Below are positions 29,232 through 38,662 of a stretch of DNA of 57,419 nucleotides, in pieces. Every line of letters starts with the position of its first letter. The first letter of the stretch is position 1. The notes under the pieces were generated by a model, which was not told the origin of the DNA, did no database searches, and saw only the letters and a list, made by a program, of their open reading frames with translations. The stretch lies in IMG/VR virus record IMGVR_UViG_3300025120_014373, one strand, 5' to 3'. This DNA comes from an uncultured virus (IMG/VR IMGVR_UViG_3300025120_014373). Its lineage: Duplodnaviria > Heunggongvirae > Uroviricota > Caudoviricetes. A program made the position numbers and the translations under genes.

Positions 29232-30639
29232 CTATATCAGTTATATTATAATTAATTTTTTCCGTATTATATATTTCTTTACGTTTATTAGAATGACGGG
29301 TACCATATTTTAATTTATCAGCAAGATCTATAATAATGAGTTTATCTTTGCTTTCATGTAGTCTCAAACCTCTACCAATCGATTGAATCGTTCTTATAAA
29401 ACTTTTACCACCAGAAGCAAACATAATCATATGTATATTTTTTATATTAACACCGGTACTAAAAATAGAACTCATTGCAATACATATAACGTCATTATTA
29501 GTCTCCATTATTTTTTTAATTTTATCTCTTTCACCTACTTCAACTTCACCTTTTACAAAATAAACTTTTTTATTGTCAATTTGAGATAAATCATCAAATA
29601 ATGCATCTCCATGAGCCAGGTGATTAACTAATATAAGAGAATTATTGTTAAATTTTGAACATATATTTTTAATAACATTATTTCTAAAATTATTAGTATA
29701 TATAAAATCTAATTCTGCTTTAAAATTATTACTACCGCTTACTACAAGAGGTTTATCTTTATAACCTATGTTAATGACCTTAATGTCTACGTTAGTTAAA
29801 TAGCTCTCTAACCTAAGTTGGTAGCTATCCTTATCGTATATTACTTTACCTAATTTACCAATGACATTCCATTGCTCTGGTTTATCATCAGGTAAAGTTC
29901 CAGTCAATCCAAACTTATTAAAAGTATGTATTTTATTAACTATCTTACTTACTTTGTTTGATTTTTTTATAGTATGACATTCATCAACTACCAAAACATC
30001 GATATATTTTATCCAATCATTATCATCAAACTGACTTTGTAATATACCTCTATTAGCTATAACACAGTTAGCAGTTAAATCGGGTTTTATTTTACCGGTC
30101 CATCTAGTAAATTTAAATAATACATTATATTCAATAAAATCATTATATGTTTGATTTACTAGTCCAAGGTCTGGTACCAATATTAAAATTTTTACTTTAG
30201 GATTATTTGAATAAAGACTCATTAACAGAGAAGCAATAGTTAGAGTCTTACCACCACCAGTGCCAAGTTTTATAATACCTCTTCCAAATTTTAATGCTTC
30301 TTTTACCGAATCTAACTGATAATCTCTTAATGGAAACTTTAGATTATCATATGATCTTTCTTCTTTATATGCAGGTTTAACTATAGGTAAAATATCTTCA
30401 TCTATTTGACAGTCAATATTGGGGTATTCTTGCTTTATATAAGTTAAAATGTCAAAAAATAAACCTGGTTCAAATAGACCAGTCGGAGTTATACAATATA
30501 TACGAGAATTAGAATAAAATCTAGCTCTACCTCTCATTCGAAAACGAGCGGTTTCATCTTTAACACTAAAATGTTCACGTATATTGTCTAAATCATCTGT
30601 TATTAATCTAATTTTTTCTTTAGCTAATTCAAATTTCAT
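29221..30639 (-). CDS. uvsW: SF2 helicase UvsW
   Basis: LRDYQ, TGGGKT, DECH, GLTGT, FSTGVNIKN, QSIGRGLR. Confidence 0.93.
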   Translation of the reverse strand: MKFELAKEKIRLITDDLDNIREHFSVKDETARFRMRGRARFYSNSRIYCITPTGLFEPGLFFDILTYIKQEYPNIDCQIDEDILPIVKPAYKEERSYDNLKFPLRDYQLDSVKEALKFGRGIIKLGTGGGKTLTIASLLMSLYSNNPKVKILILVPDLGLVNQTYNDFIEYNVLFKFTRWTGKIKPDLTANCVIANRGILQSQFDDNDWIKYIDVLVVDECHTIKKSNKVSKIVNKIHTFNKFGLTGTLPDDKPEQWNVIGKLGKVIYDKDSYQLRLESYLTNVDIKVINIGYKDKPLVVSGSNNFKAELDFIYTNNFRNNVIKNICSKFNNNSLILVNHLAHGDALFDDLSQIDNKKVYFVKGEVEVGERDKIKKIMETNNDVICIAMSSIFSTGVNIKNIHMIMFASGGKSFIRTIQSIGRGLRLHESKDKLIIIDLADKLKYGTRHSNKRKEIYNTEKINYNITDIVEK

Positions 30640-31034
30640 TATAATTGTTCCATTTTCATAATTTCAATAATATTTTTTATATCAAAACCTATAGCACTAA
30701 ATGTTTTCTCTGTTTTTTCTAAGAATTCAATAATAAGTTCCTCATTACTGATTTTTTCAGATATTTCTTTCATTTTTTCATGTTTATAACTTGCCTTTTC
30801 TGCGACCGGCATCGTCACTTTAACAGGGCTTTCTTCTATAATTTTACCTACTATTTCTTTCTTTACTGAATCTCTCAATATTCTAAGTTTTAATAGATTT
30901 TGTTTATGTCTTATTAATTTGGACACCCAATAATGCTTACGAGCAGGGGCCCTCATCGAAGAATCTTTTAAATTGAATTCATTAATTTGTAAATCTTTTT
31001 CTATTTCATCTATATATTGATCTAATAAATTCAC
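30639..31034 (-). CDS. uvsY: Recombination mediator UvsY-like
   Basis: IEKDLQIN..NL..S, helical, C-terminal FDIKNIIE; adjacent to uvsW. Confidence 0.75.
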   Translation of the reverse strand: MNLLDQYIDEIEKDLQINEFNLKDSSMRAPARKHYWVSKLIRHKQNLLKLRILRDSVKKEIVGKIIEESPVKVTMPVAEKASYKHEKMKEISEKISNEELIIEFLEKTEKTFSAIGFDIKNIIEIMKMEQL

Positions 31035-31040
31035 CTATTA

Positions 31041-31068
31041 ATTATAAATACTATTATGAAGAAAACAA
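31041..31068. promoter_or_regulatory. Superimposed divergent promoters: sigma70-type (-) for uvsY-uvsW and late TATAAATA (+)
   Basis: Minus TTGTTT-N16-TATAAT (-10 at 31041-31046); plus TATAAATA at 31043-31050, 5 nt before ATG 31056. Confidence 0.7.
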
Positions 31069-31325
31069 CTTTATTTGAAAAAGCATTTAAAAAAAGCCTT
31101 AAAAAGAAAAAACCTACAGAAGAAGATGAAAATACAGTTGGTGGGGGAGCGTTAGGCTCTGCAGCAGCAGCAGGATATGGTACGACAGTTAGTGGTACGC
31201 CAGGTACCGATGCTTATGCTCCAGGTGATTTTAGGAGACCTAAAGCTTTAGGTGCAATGTATTCCAGAAACGGTAAAGTAGGTAAGAAAAAGAAAAAAAC
31301 TAGAAAATCGAAAAATAAAAAGTAA
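31056..31325 (+). CDS. Small basic late protein
   Basis: Lys-rich ends, Gly/Ala-rich core, YAPGDFRRP. Confidence 0.65.
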   Translation: MKKTTLFEKAFKKSLKKKKPTEEDENTVGGGALGSAAAAGYGTTVSGTPGTDAYAPGDFRRPKALGAMYSRNGKVGKKKKKTRKSKNKK

Positions 31326-31333
31326 ATATCTTA

Positions 31334-31768
31334 ATGGATACAGGTATATGGGAAGTATGTAAACCGATACCGGAAGACGCTTTCGGTTTTATATATGAAA
31401 TTACTAATACTATTAATGATAAAAAATATATCGGTAAAAAACAAATGGTTCGTAAAATAAAACGTAAACCATTAAAAGGTAAAAAACGTAAACGTATCGA
31501 TTTTATTGAAAGTGATTGGAAAACATATACAGGTTCATCTGATGCTCTTAACAATGATATAGCTTTACTCGGTTTAGATAAATTTATATTTAAAATATTA
31601 AAATTTTGCAATAGTAAATTTGAATTATCATATTTTGAAGCCAAAATGCAGTTTGAAAAGGATGTATTATTAAGTGAAAATTATTATAATGGTATTATAA
31701 ACTGCAGAATAGGTAAAGCCCCAAAATTGTTTTTGGAACAGTACTATAATAAAGGTGATGATGGCTGA
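31334..31768 (+). CDS. GIY-YIG (Seg-like) nuclease, catalytic domain only
   Basis: GFIY...KKYIGKK, Y.GSS, E, YN; AGTAAATA 5 nt upstream. Confidence 0.82.
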   Translation: MDTGIWEVCKPIPEDAFGFIYEITNTINDKKYIGKKQMVRKIKRKPLKGKKRKRIDFIESDWKTYTGSSDALNNDIALLGLDKFIFKILKFCNSKFELSYFEAKMQFEKDVLLSENYYNGIINCRIGKAPKLFLEQYYNKGDDG

Positions 31769-32318
31769 TTTGCATATAGAAAACTATGATTTTACTATAA
31801 TTGACTTTAATGAGTTATTAATAAACGATATACAGCCCCAAATAATTAATTCTTTACATGAATTTAACTTATTAGAAAAAAGTATTAACAATTTACAGGT
31901 TAAAAAGTTTATGTATCACTATACTATATACAATATATGTCAAAGGTTACTTAATTGTAAGTCAAAGTCTATTATATACTTTAATAATACTCAGTTAGAT
32001 GACTGCGAATTAACAAAATACTATAAAGAAAATGATATTTTAACTTTTTTCACTAATTTTCTCCGAAGAGTAGATAAGATATTACCCTTGAAAATATTTA
32101 TTAGTAAATATTCTATAGTATATCTTGATCATCTTATAGATATAAATGATGGTAAAGCTCAAACTACTATTAATTCAATGATAAGTAAGATTAATAATAT
32201 GGATATTAGTAAGTATACCTTTTCAGGTGTGAAGAAATTTACAAAACGTTATGAATTAACATTTTTAAATAAAGATTACTTTAATAGACTATCTACAAAA
32301 CTACTTCTAATTAGATAA
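31755..32318 (+). CDS. Hypothetical protein
   Basis: 187-aa ORF overlapping the GIY-YIG gene. Confidence 0.65.
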   Translation: MMMADLHIENYDFTIIDFNELLINDIQPQIINSLHEFNLLEKSINNLQVKKFMYHYTIYNICQRLLNCKSKSIIYFNNTQLDDCELTKYYKENDILTFFTNFLRRVDKILPLKIFISKYSIVYLDHLIDINDGKAQTTINSMISKINNMDISKYTFSGVKKFTKRYELTFLNKDYFNRLSTKLLLIR

Positions 32319-32326
32319 ATAATAAT

Positions 32327-33148
32327 ATGGATAAATTTACCCAACTGGCTAGCGATATATTGAAACAAAATATACCACTAGTTGAAGAAAATAATGAAAT
32401 AATGGTGCAAATGCAATCTGGTAAGTCTTTTGGAGATTTTTTAAGAAGTCTTGTAGGTAAATCTAGAAAAGATATTTTAGATTCTGGTAGTTTTGCAAGA
32501 CTATATTCTATGAACATGCACGGTATAGGTGGTAATAAGAACTCTCCAGATGAACCTGCAGTACTATTAAGTAAGTTTTTAAGTAAGTTTGGGGATTACG
32601 TTAACCAGGATATTACAAAATTGCGTTCAGGAGCAGCTGAGACTGATGAGTTTAAACACAAGCATGACTATGAAGGACATCTTGAAAGAGAAAAAGAACG
32701 TAAAGATTTATTTCGGGAAATAATGACAGAAAAAGATCCTGAAAAAAAGTCAGAATTAAGACAAAAGATGAATGCTTTTAGAAATAACAGTGAATATGCT
32801 GAAGCAAGAAGAGCTCTATATAAGAAAGAAGATGTAGATGTTGATGAATATCATAATAGACCCATCGAACAAGGTGAAATAGTTAATGATGGAAGCGATG
32901 AATTTAAAGAGCTTGAAAATACTTATAATAAAATCAATTCAATGAGAGGTAGTAAAATTGAAGATCAAGAAAAACCTTTTTTAAGTAAAGACCAGCAAAA
33001 AGCTATTACAGTAGCACAAACTTTAGCTACAAACGCGGCAAAATCAGGAGTTATAGGGTTGAGAAAAGATCCTCAAAAAGAAATTAATAAAGCTTACGGT
33101 GATGTTATGAAAAAGCTAGCACAAAAAATAAAATCAGTTAAAATATAA
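32327..33148 (+). CDS. Hypothetical late protein, putative head-associated
   Basis: GATAAATA 5 nt upstream; MDKFTQL...LVEE leader. Confidence 0.6.
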   Translation: MDKFTQLASDILKQNIPLVEENNEIMVQMQSGKSFGDFLRSLVGKSRKDILDSGSFARLYSMNMHGIGGNKNSPDEPAVLLSKFLSKFGDYVNQDITKLRSGAAETDEFKHKHDYEGHLEREKERKDLFREIMTEKDPEKKSELRQKMNAFRNNSEYAEARRALYKKEDVDVDEYHNRPIEQGEIVNDGSDEFKELENTYNKINSMRGSKIEDQEKPFLSKDQQKAITVAQTLATNAAKSGVIGLRKDPQKEINKAYGDVMKKLAQKIKSVKI

Positions 33149-33456
33149 TGAAAAAATTCCTAAAACAATATAACACAATATTAGAACAAGATGAAGCTGA
33201 AGTGCCGGTTGAAGAACCTGCTGCAGCTCCTGTTGAACAACCAGTACCTGAGCCAGAAGCAGAAACGCTTTCTCCAGAATCGGAAGTTTTACTTGTAAGA
33301 TTAATTAAAAAAGCTTTAGTGACTAAAGTCAATCCAAATGATATTGATCAAATTAGTGTATTAGCAGATATCAATGAAACTAATGCAAAAGAATCGTTAA
33401 CTGCTCTTATTAATATAATGAAAAAATATTCACAAGATATTGACGTAGAAACATGA
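33148..33456 (+). CDS. Hypothetical late protein, putative head-associated
   Basis: MKKFLKQYNTILEQ leader; Pro/Glu-rich linker. Confidence 0.6.
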   Translation: MKKFLKQYNTILEQDEAEVPVEEPAAAPVEQPVPEPEAETLSPESEVLLVRLIKKALVTKVNPNDIDQISVLADINETNAKESLTALINIMKKYSQDIDVET

Positions 33457-34496
33457 GCTGGAAATCACTAGATCAAATATACCTAAATGAATCTGCAGGT
33501 ATAAAGGTAAAAAAATTACCTAGACAAGAGATTATAGGAGAGAATATTCAGATTTTCAAAGGGGAAAATGGTAGATATGATTATATTGGCACGGTCGATG
33601 ATAAAGAATTAAAAAAAATCTCAAGAATAGCTGGTAATAAAAACGATAAGGTTATTATAGATTATGTATCTTCAAAAAATTATAGTAAAGATGCATTTAA
33701 TAAAGAATTCTTTTTTAAATCTTTAATAACTTTATTAGAAAATTATTCTTTTGATGATTATATCGGTAGAGATAATAAACCAAAAGTCTTAGATAATAAA
33801 ATAGGAAATTTAGTAGATATTGGCACTCAAATAGGTTTAGACGATACATTCTTACGAGAATTAGCTAATTTTACCGCAGTTGATAAAGGAGGTAGTAACA
33901 TAGGTCCAGGGGAAATAATGCTAGCTTTAGTATTTGATGATATTAAAAATTCTACCGTAGGTGGTGATTTAATGTTAGAGGATAAACAAAAATTAGAAGT
34001 CAAGGGTCAAGGTGGTAGATTTGGCCAACAAGGTGGTAGATCAGGTCAAACAGTTGCTTTTGATAAACTTTTAAATGATATAGAAGAAAAAGTTGAAATA
34101 GCCCAAAATTCATCAATGGCTCAAACTTTTAATAATGTTTATAATGTATACAAAAAAGAAAATAAGCTAGATAAATTTCTAGGTAATCTTTACGAATTTA
34201 TTAAACAGTTTTATCCTAATGGGCAGCCAGAAATATTTTTAAATAAATCTACTAATTTTAATGATATAGTTGATATAAGAAGAAATATTCAAAAAATCTA
34301 TTCTAATAATTATCTGAATCAGTATGAATATGATTTACTTTTATTTATTGATAAAAATAAATTAAATTATGCATTATTTTCCAAGGAAGACTTAATTGGT
34401 AGTGGTGGTTTAATAGATGAAGGAAGATTTAAAACAAATAACTTTAGATTTAATGAACTGTACCCTAATAACCATTTACCTGAACTTAAAAAATGA
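33453..34496 (+). CDS. Putative PD-(D/E)XK nuclease-fold protein
   Basis: GPGE...GGDL......LEVKG spacing matches E..D..ExK; MSWKSLDQIYLNE leader. Confidence 0.45.
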   Translation: MSWKSLDQIYLNESAGIKVKKLPRQEIIGENIQIFKGENGRYDYIGTVDDKELKKISRIAGNKNDKVIIDYVSSKNYSKDAFNKEFFFKSLITLLENYSFDDYIGRDNKPKVLDNKIGNLVDIGTQIGLDDTFLRELANFTAVDKGGSNIGPGEIMLALVFDDIKNSTVGGDLMLEDKQKLEVKGQGGRFGQQGGRSGQTVAFDKLLNDIEEKVEIAQNSSMAQTFNNVYNVYKKENKLDKFLGNLYEFIKQFYPNGQPEIFLNKSTNFNDIVDIRRNIQKIYSNNYLNQYEYDLLLFIDKNKLNYALFSKEDLIGSGGLIDEGRFKTNNFRFNELYPNNHLPELKK

Positions 34497-36469
34497 TAAA
34501 CTTTAAACAACATCACTCAGTACTATTAGAATTCTTCGATGCGATCGATGGAGCAGTTAAGCATATTGACCATTTAGAAGAAAATATACTTAATAAAGGT
34601 AAGCAAGGTGTTATAGAAGCTATTAACCAAATAGAATCTTCTATATCATATTTTGTCGATGAATCTGATTATAAAATATCTACTAAGTTTGATGGAGCAC
34701 CTGCTATTGTTGCAGGTATTGATACTAATAATAAATTTTTCGTAGCTAGTAAGTCAGCTTTCGCTAAAAACCCTAAAATTAATTATACAGAACAAGATAT
34801 TACCGAAAATCATGGTACAGGTGGATTGGCTGATAAGTTAAAATTAGCTTTACGGTATTTACCGTCTTTAAACCTTAAAGGTATATATCAAATGGATTAT
34901 ATGTTTGATCCGCAAATGAAAGTGTATGAAACACCAGAAACAATTGACGGTGTTAAAAATGAAAATAAATTTTTAACCTTTACCCCTAATACTATTAAAT
35001 ATGCTGTTACAGAAAATAGCCCATATGGAGATCAAATAGCTAGGTCCAAGATAGGTGTTGCAGTTCATATTGAATATATGGTGCAAAATGGTATATTGAA
35101 AGTAAAAAAATATACTTCTTCAACAGATGAATTTTCACCATCTAATACAGTATTTGTTTTTAACGTACTAGCAAATAAAGCCAAAAATAGTAAATCTTCT
35201 TTTAGTAAATTACTCTTAAAAGATGTAAAAACAAAAAAGAAACAGCTACTTAAATTAGCCGATAAGGTCGATTTTAGTTCACTAGATGATTATACAAGTA
35301 CTCTTAAATCTTATATTAATTCTGAAATAAGATCAGGTAGATTCTTAGAAGATACATCGATATCTACTGAAGAATATGTTAACTATATTAGTGGTAGATT
35401 TACTAAAGAGTTGGAAAGACTAAAAAGTGAAAAAGGTAAGGTAAAAAAGCAAGAGCAGATGAAATCGACATTAAAATCTCTTAAAATACTTAAACCTTCT
35501 ATTAAAAATGCTTTCGAAATTACTAAAATTATTGCTAATTTAAAAAATAATTTAATTAAAATTTTTAATGAAATAACAAAAAATGATTTGTTAGGTACAT
35601 ATCTTGATGAAAGCCCTAATAACTGGCAAACAACTGCTCCTGAAGGTTTTGCTTTATCAAAAGTTACTGCTGATGGTGCAGAAATTACTAAAATGGTAGA
35701 TAGAGAAGAATTTAGCCGAGCTAATTTTGGTACCGGTAAACCAACATCTCCAGAAAATCAAGAATCTTATATTAGCAACCCGCCTATGTTTAATACAGGT
35801 GAAGGTACAAGACTACAAAAGCGGTCAACTTTTGGGGAAATGTATAAAATTATTAAAGAGTTTGAAGATGCTGAAGATTTAACAAAAACAGTAGTTATTT
35901 ACCCAGGAAGATTTCACCCATTCCATAAAGGTCATGCGTCTGTTTATAATAAATTGAAACAACAATTTCCAGCAGCAGATGTATTCGTCTCTACATCTGG
36001 TAAAACTAACGATACAAATTCGCCGTTTGAATTCGAAGAAAAGAAAATGATGATACAAAGTGCTGGTATCGACCCACAATTTGTTGAAATGACAGCTAAC
36101 CCATATTTGGCTAAAGAAATAACTGAAAGATATGATTTAGATAAAACTAAAGTTATATTTGCTGTTTCTGAAAAGGATATGGAAGGTGATAAACCACGCT
36201 TTAAATTTGGTTTAAAGAAAGACGGTACTCCTAGTTACTTTCAACCATATGATAAATCTAAAAAATTAACTAGTGGGGATAAACACGGTTATATTGCAAC
36301 TTTACCTACTATGGATTTTAGTATTCTTGGTAAAGATATTAGAAGTGCATCTCAAATAAGAGAATTATATAAAAATTCTGATGAACAAGGTAGAAGAGAC
36401 CTTATTCAAGACCTATACGGTTCACTAGACGAAGAGGTAAAAAGAATATTTGACAATAAGCTAATTTAA
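34493..36469 (+). CDS. Fusion of a ligase-like nucleotidyltransferase domain and an HxGH cytidylyl/NMN-adenylyltransferase-like domain
   Basis: N-domain HIDHLEE, TKFDGAPA, GIYQMD, PNTIKY, PEGFAL, KMVDREEFSRANF; C-domain PGRFHPFHKGH, SP.F.EK, SASQIR. Confidence 0.7.
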   Translation: MINFKQHHSVLLEFFDAIDGAVKHIDHLEENILNKGKQGVIEAINQIESSISYFVDESDYKISTKFDGAPAIVAGIDTNNKFFVASKSAFAKNPKINYTEQDITENHGTGGLADKLKLALRYLPSLNLKGIYQMDYMFDPQMKVYETPETIDGVKNENKFLTFTPNTIKYAVTENSPYGDQIARSKIGVAVHIEYMVQNGILKVKKYTSSTDEFSPSNTVFVFNVLANKAKNSKSSFSKLLLKDVKTKKKQLLKLADKVDFSSLDDYTSTLKSYINSEIRSGRFLEDTSISTEEYVNYISGRFTKELERLKSEKGKVKKQEQMKSTLKSLKILKPSIKNAFEITKIIANLKNNLIKIFNEITKNDLLGTYLDESPNNWQTTAPEGFALSKVTADGAEITKMVDREEFSRANFGTGKPTSPENQESYISNPPMFNTGEGTRLQKRSTFGEMYKIIKEFEDAEDLTKTVVIYPGRFHPFHKGHASVYNKLKQQFPAADVFVSTSGKTNDTNSPFEFEEKKMMIQSAGIDPQFVEMTANPYLAKEITERYDLDKTKVIFAVSEKDMEGDKPRFKFGLKKDGTPSYFQPYDKSKKLTSGDKHGYIATLPTMDFSILGKDIRSASQIRELYKNSDEQGRRDLIQDLYGSLDEEVKRIFDNKLI

Positions 36470-37017
36470 GCTCCTGCGTAACCTGTATTTTTAGCGGTTC
36501 GGGTGTCATTTAATTCATCAACTTCCACTCTATCATCATCTGGATCTTGCTCGTCTTCAACATCAGCATCTAACTTATCATACTCTAAAGCATGATATAC
36601 TGATGATAGGTAATCAGCAGCTTTTGTAATTTTAGAAGCTGTCCAACCTTCTAAATTCTCTAAATTCTCCATATGGTTAAATAACTTGGTCGCATATTCA
36701 GCAGCTTTAAGTAATTCGGATCTTGCCATATCTAATTCTCCATCGTAATCATCAGTATCGTGGTCATCGCAACCACAATCACTTCCACACCCATCTTCCT
36801 CACCAGCTTGAATATAAACTGTTTCTTCCTCTTTCTCTGCATCTTCACAATCTGATGAATCTCCTCTATCATCAATTTTAAGTACCACTACCTTTGAAGC
36901 AGTATTTTGAGAACCTGGTCCAGGTACATTTACCATTTTACCGACCATGGGACCCATACCCATATTTTCATTTAATGTTTTATATTGTTCAAATATTAGA
37001 TTAGCCTCGTTATTCAT
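36466..37017 (-). CDS. Acidic late protein (start likely 37017)
   Basis: ATTAAATA 5 nt upstream; MNNEANLIFEQYKTLNE leader; GELDMARSEL...WTASKITKAADYL. Confidence 0.65.
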   Translation of the reverse strand: MNNEANLIFEQYKTLNENMGMGPMVGKMVNVPGPGSQNTASKVVVLKIDDRGDSSDCEDAEKEEETVYIQAGEEDGCGSDCGCDDHDTDDYDGELDMARSELLKAAEYATKLFNHMENLENLEGWTASKITKAADYLSSVYHALEYDKLDADVEDEQDPDDDRVEVDELNDTRTAKNTGYAGA

Positions 37018-37022
37018 ATTAT

Positions 37023-37035
37023 TATTTAATAAATA
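37023..37035. promoter_or_regulatory. Divergent pair of late-type promoters
   Basis: ATTAAATA (-, 37023-37030) and AATAAATA (+, 37028-37035), each 5 nt from an ATG. Confidence 0.7.
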
Positions 37036-37040
37036 ATTAA

Positions 37041-37352
37041 ATGACATTCGACAAACTATATACTTCTCTTATAGAAGCATTCGACGAAGACGCAGAATAT
37101 AAAGGTAGAAAAGTAACTCTCAATAAACCTACAAGAGGCGATGTAAAGAAATTTAAGGTATATGTTAAAAATCCTAAGACTGGTAACGTAAAAAAGGTTA
37201 ATTTCGGTCATGGTGGTACATCTGCTAAAAGAAAAACAATGAGAATACGTAAATCAAACCCTGCAGCTCGTAGATCCTTCAGGGCACGTCATAAATGTGA
37301 TCAAAAGAAGGATAGAACAACTGCAGGCTACTGGTCATGCAAAAAATGGTAA
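37041..37352 (+). CDS. Small basic protein of a type seen in T4-like phages
   Basis: AEYKGRKVTLNKP, KKFKVYV, VNFG, RRSFRARHKC, YWSCKKW. Confidence 0.75.
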   Translation: MTFDKLYTSLIEAFDEDAEYKGRKVTLNKPTRGDVKKFKVYVKNPKTGNVKKVNFGHGGTSAKRKTMRIRKSNPAARRSFRARHKCDQKKDRTTAGYWSCKKW

Positions 37353-37358
37353 TTTATT

Positions 37359-37493
37359 ATGAAGACATTTAAAATATTTTTTGAAGATAGATGTAAAAGA
37401 AAAGCTGATAGCGTATATGGTAAAAAGACTTCAGCATATAAATCGGGGGCAATCGTTAGATGCCGTAAAGGTAAAATTTGGAAAAAGAAATGA
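37359..37493 (+). CDS. 44-aa basic protein (below the ORF-track cut-off)
   Basis: MKTFKIFFEDRCKRKADSVYGKKTSAYKSGAIVRCRKGKIWKKK; ATGA overlap with the next gene. Confidence 0.7.
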   Translation: MKTFKIFFEDRCKRKADSVYGKKTSAYKSGAIVRCRKGKIWKKK

Positions 37494-37651
37494 ATCAATT
37501 CGATACAATATTAGAAAGCTTATGGGCTAACATTAACAAGAAGAAAAAGTCTGGTAGAAAATCTGCAAGAAAAGGTTCAAAAGCTTACAAGGCTGCGAAA
37601 AAATCAGGTGATAAATTGCATGCTAATAAAGAGCGTAAAGCTGGTAAATAA
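37490..37651 (+). CDS. 53-aa basic protein (below the ORF-track cut-off)
   Basis: MNQFDTILESLWANINKKKKSGRKSARKGSKAYKAAKKSGDKLHANKERKAGK; TAATG overlap with the next gene. Confidence 0.7.
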   Translation: MNQFDTILESLWANINKKKKSGRKSARKGSKAYKAAKKSGDKLHANKERKAGK

Positions 37652-37926
37652 TGAATTTTGATAATCTAGTTGAATACTATTTAACTGAGGCTAGTGATAG
37701 TTTACACCAATGGTTTAAACGTGGTGGTAAAGATCCAAAAACAGGTAAAAAATTTAGTGGTTGGATAAATTGTAAAACTGGAGGTCCTTGCGGTAGAAAA
37801 TCAAAAAAATCAGGAGGTAGTTACCCAGCATGTAGACCTACTAAAGCTGCATGTAAAAAAATAAAAGGCAAGATGTATAAAAAGAAAAGTTCAAAGAGGG
37901 TATCCTGGAAGAAAAAAGGTAAATAA
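37651..37926 (+). CDS. Small basic Cys-containing protein
   Basis: MNFDNLVEYYLTE leader; LHQWFK, WINCKTGGPCGR, YPACRP. Confidence 0.72.
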   Translation: MNFDNLVEYYLTEASDSLHQWFKRGGKDPKTGKKFSGWINCKTGGPCGRKSKKSGGSYPACRPTKAACKKIKGKMYKKKSSKRVSWKKKGK

Positions 37927-37938
37927 TTAAATAATAGT

Positions 37939-38661
37939 ATGGCACACAACAATAATATCGGTAAGATAACATCTACTAACGTGGCACCGAAAGGTACAGG
38001 AGCTAATCTTAGTACCACAACTGATAGTGGTAGTATATTAGGTTTAAGATATATTAAAGATAGTTCTAGTGGTGGTTCATCAGGTACGGGTGTAGCTCCA
38101 ACTAATTTAGGCTCGATAGCTATTAAAGACTGGTTTGAGACATATGTTGGTAGTTTAGGTAATTATACTAATTCAAGCGGTGGTGATACTGATTTAAAGT
38201 GGGGTGATTATAAAAATGCTACTATTTTAGGTATGAAGCTAAAAGCAAAAAATGAATCTGCATCAAGGTATAAAAATGATGATAATGCTCAATTACAAAT
38301 AACACCATTAAATGGTAGTGGTGTAGCTGGTGCATATACAATCACAGTCGGGGGATCATCAGTTACCTCAAGTGGTAGTCGAGGTACTACATATACATCT
38401 GGTGGTTTTGGTAGCGATTCAACGGTAGCTGTTGTATTAACTGATACTAATACTGGTACTTCTATTAGTATGCAGTGGACCACTGCATATGATAACGGGT
38501 CAACGAGTATTAGAGGCAGTGGTACCGTGGCTGGTCCAGAATTTCAATTCTTTTTTACTGGTGCTACTGGCACAGCTTTTGGACCAACCAACGGTCTTTA
38601 CTTTTTTAACGGAGTTGCGGCAAGTAGAGGATATGGGGTAGGTTACCCTGGTACCGGGTAA
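37939..38661 (+). CDS. Gly/Ser/Thr-rich putative virion structural protein
   Basis: ATTAAATA 5 nt upstream; beta-rich G/S/T composition typical of fibre or decoration proteins. Confidence 0.6.
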   Translation: MAHNNNIGKITSTNVAPKGTGANLSTTTDSGSILGLRYIKDSSSGGSSGTGVAPTNLGSIAIKDWFETYVGSLGNYTNSSGGDTDLKWGDYKNATILGMKLKAKNESASRYKNDDNAQLQITPLNGSGVAGAYTITVGGSSVTSSGSRGTTYTSGGFGSDSTVAVVLTDTNTGTSISMQWTTAYDNGSTSIRGSGTVAGPEFQFFFTGATGTAFGPTNGLYFFNGVAASRGYGVGYPGTG

Positions 38662-38662
38662 G

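Noticed and set aside
31334..31768. GIY-YIG gene as a mobile homing endonuclease or intron
   Set aside because: Only the catalytic domain is present, there is no interrupted host gene, and no intron structure is visible.
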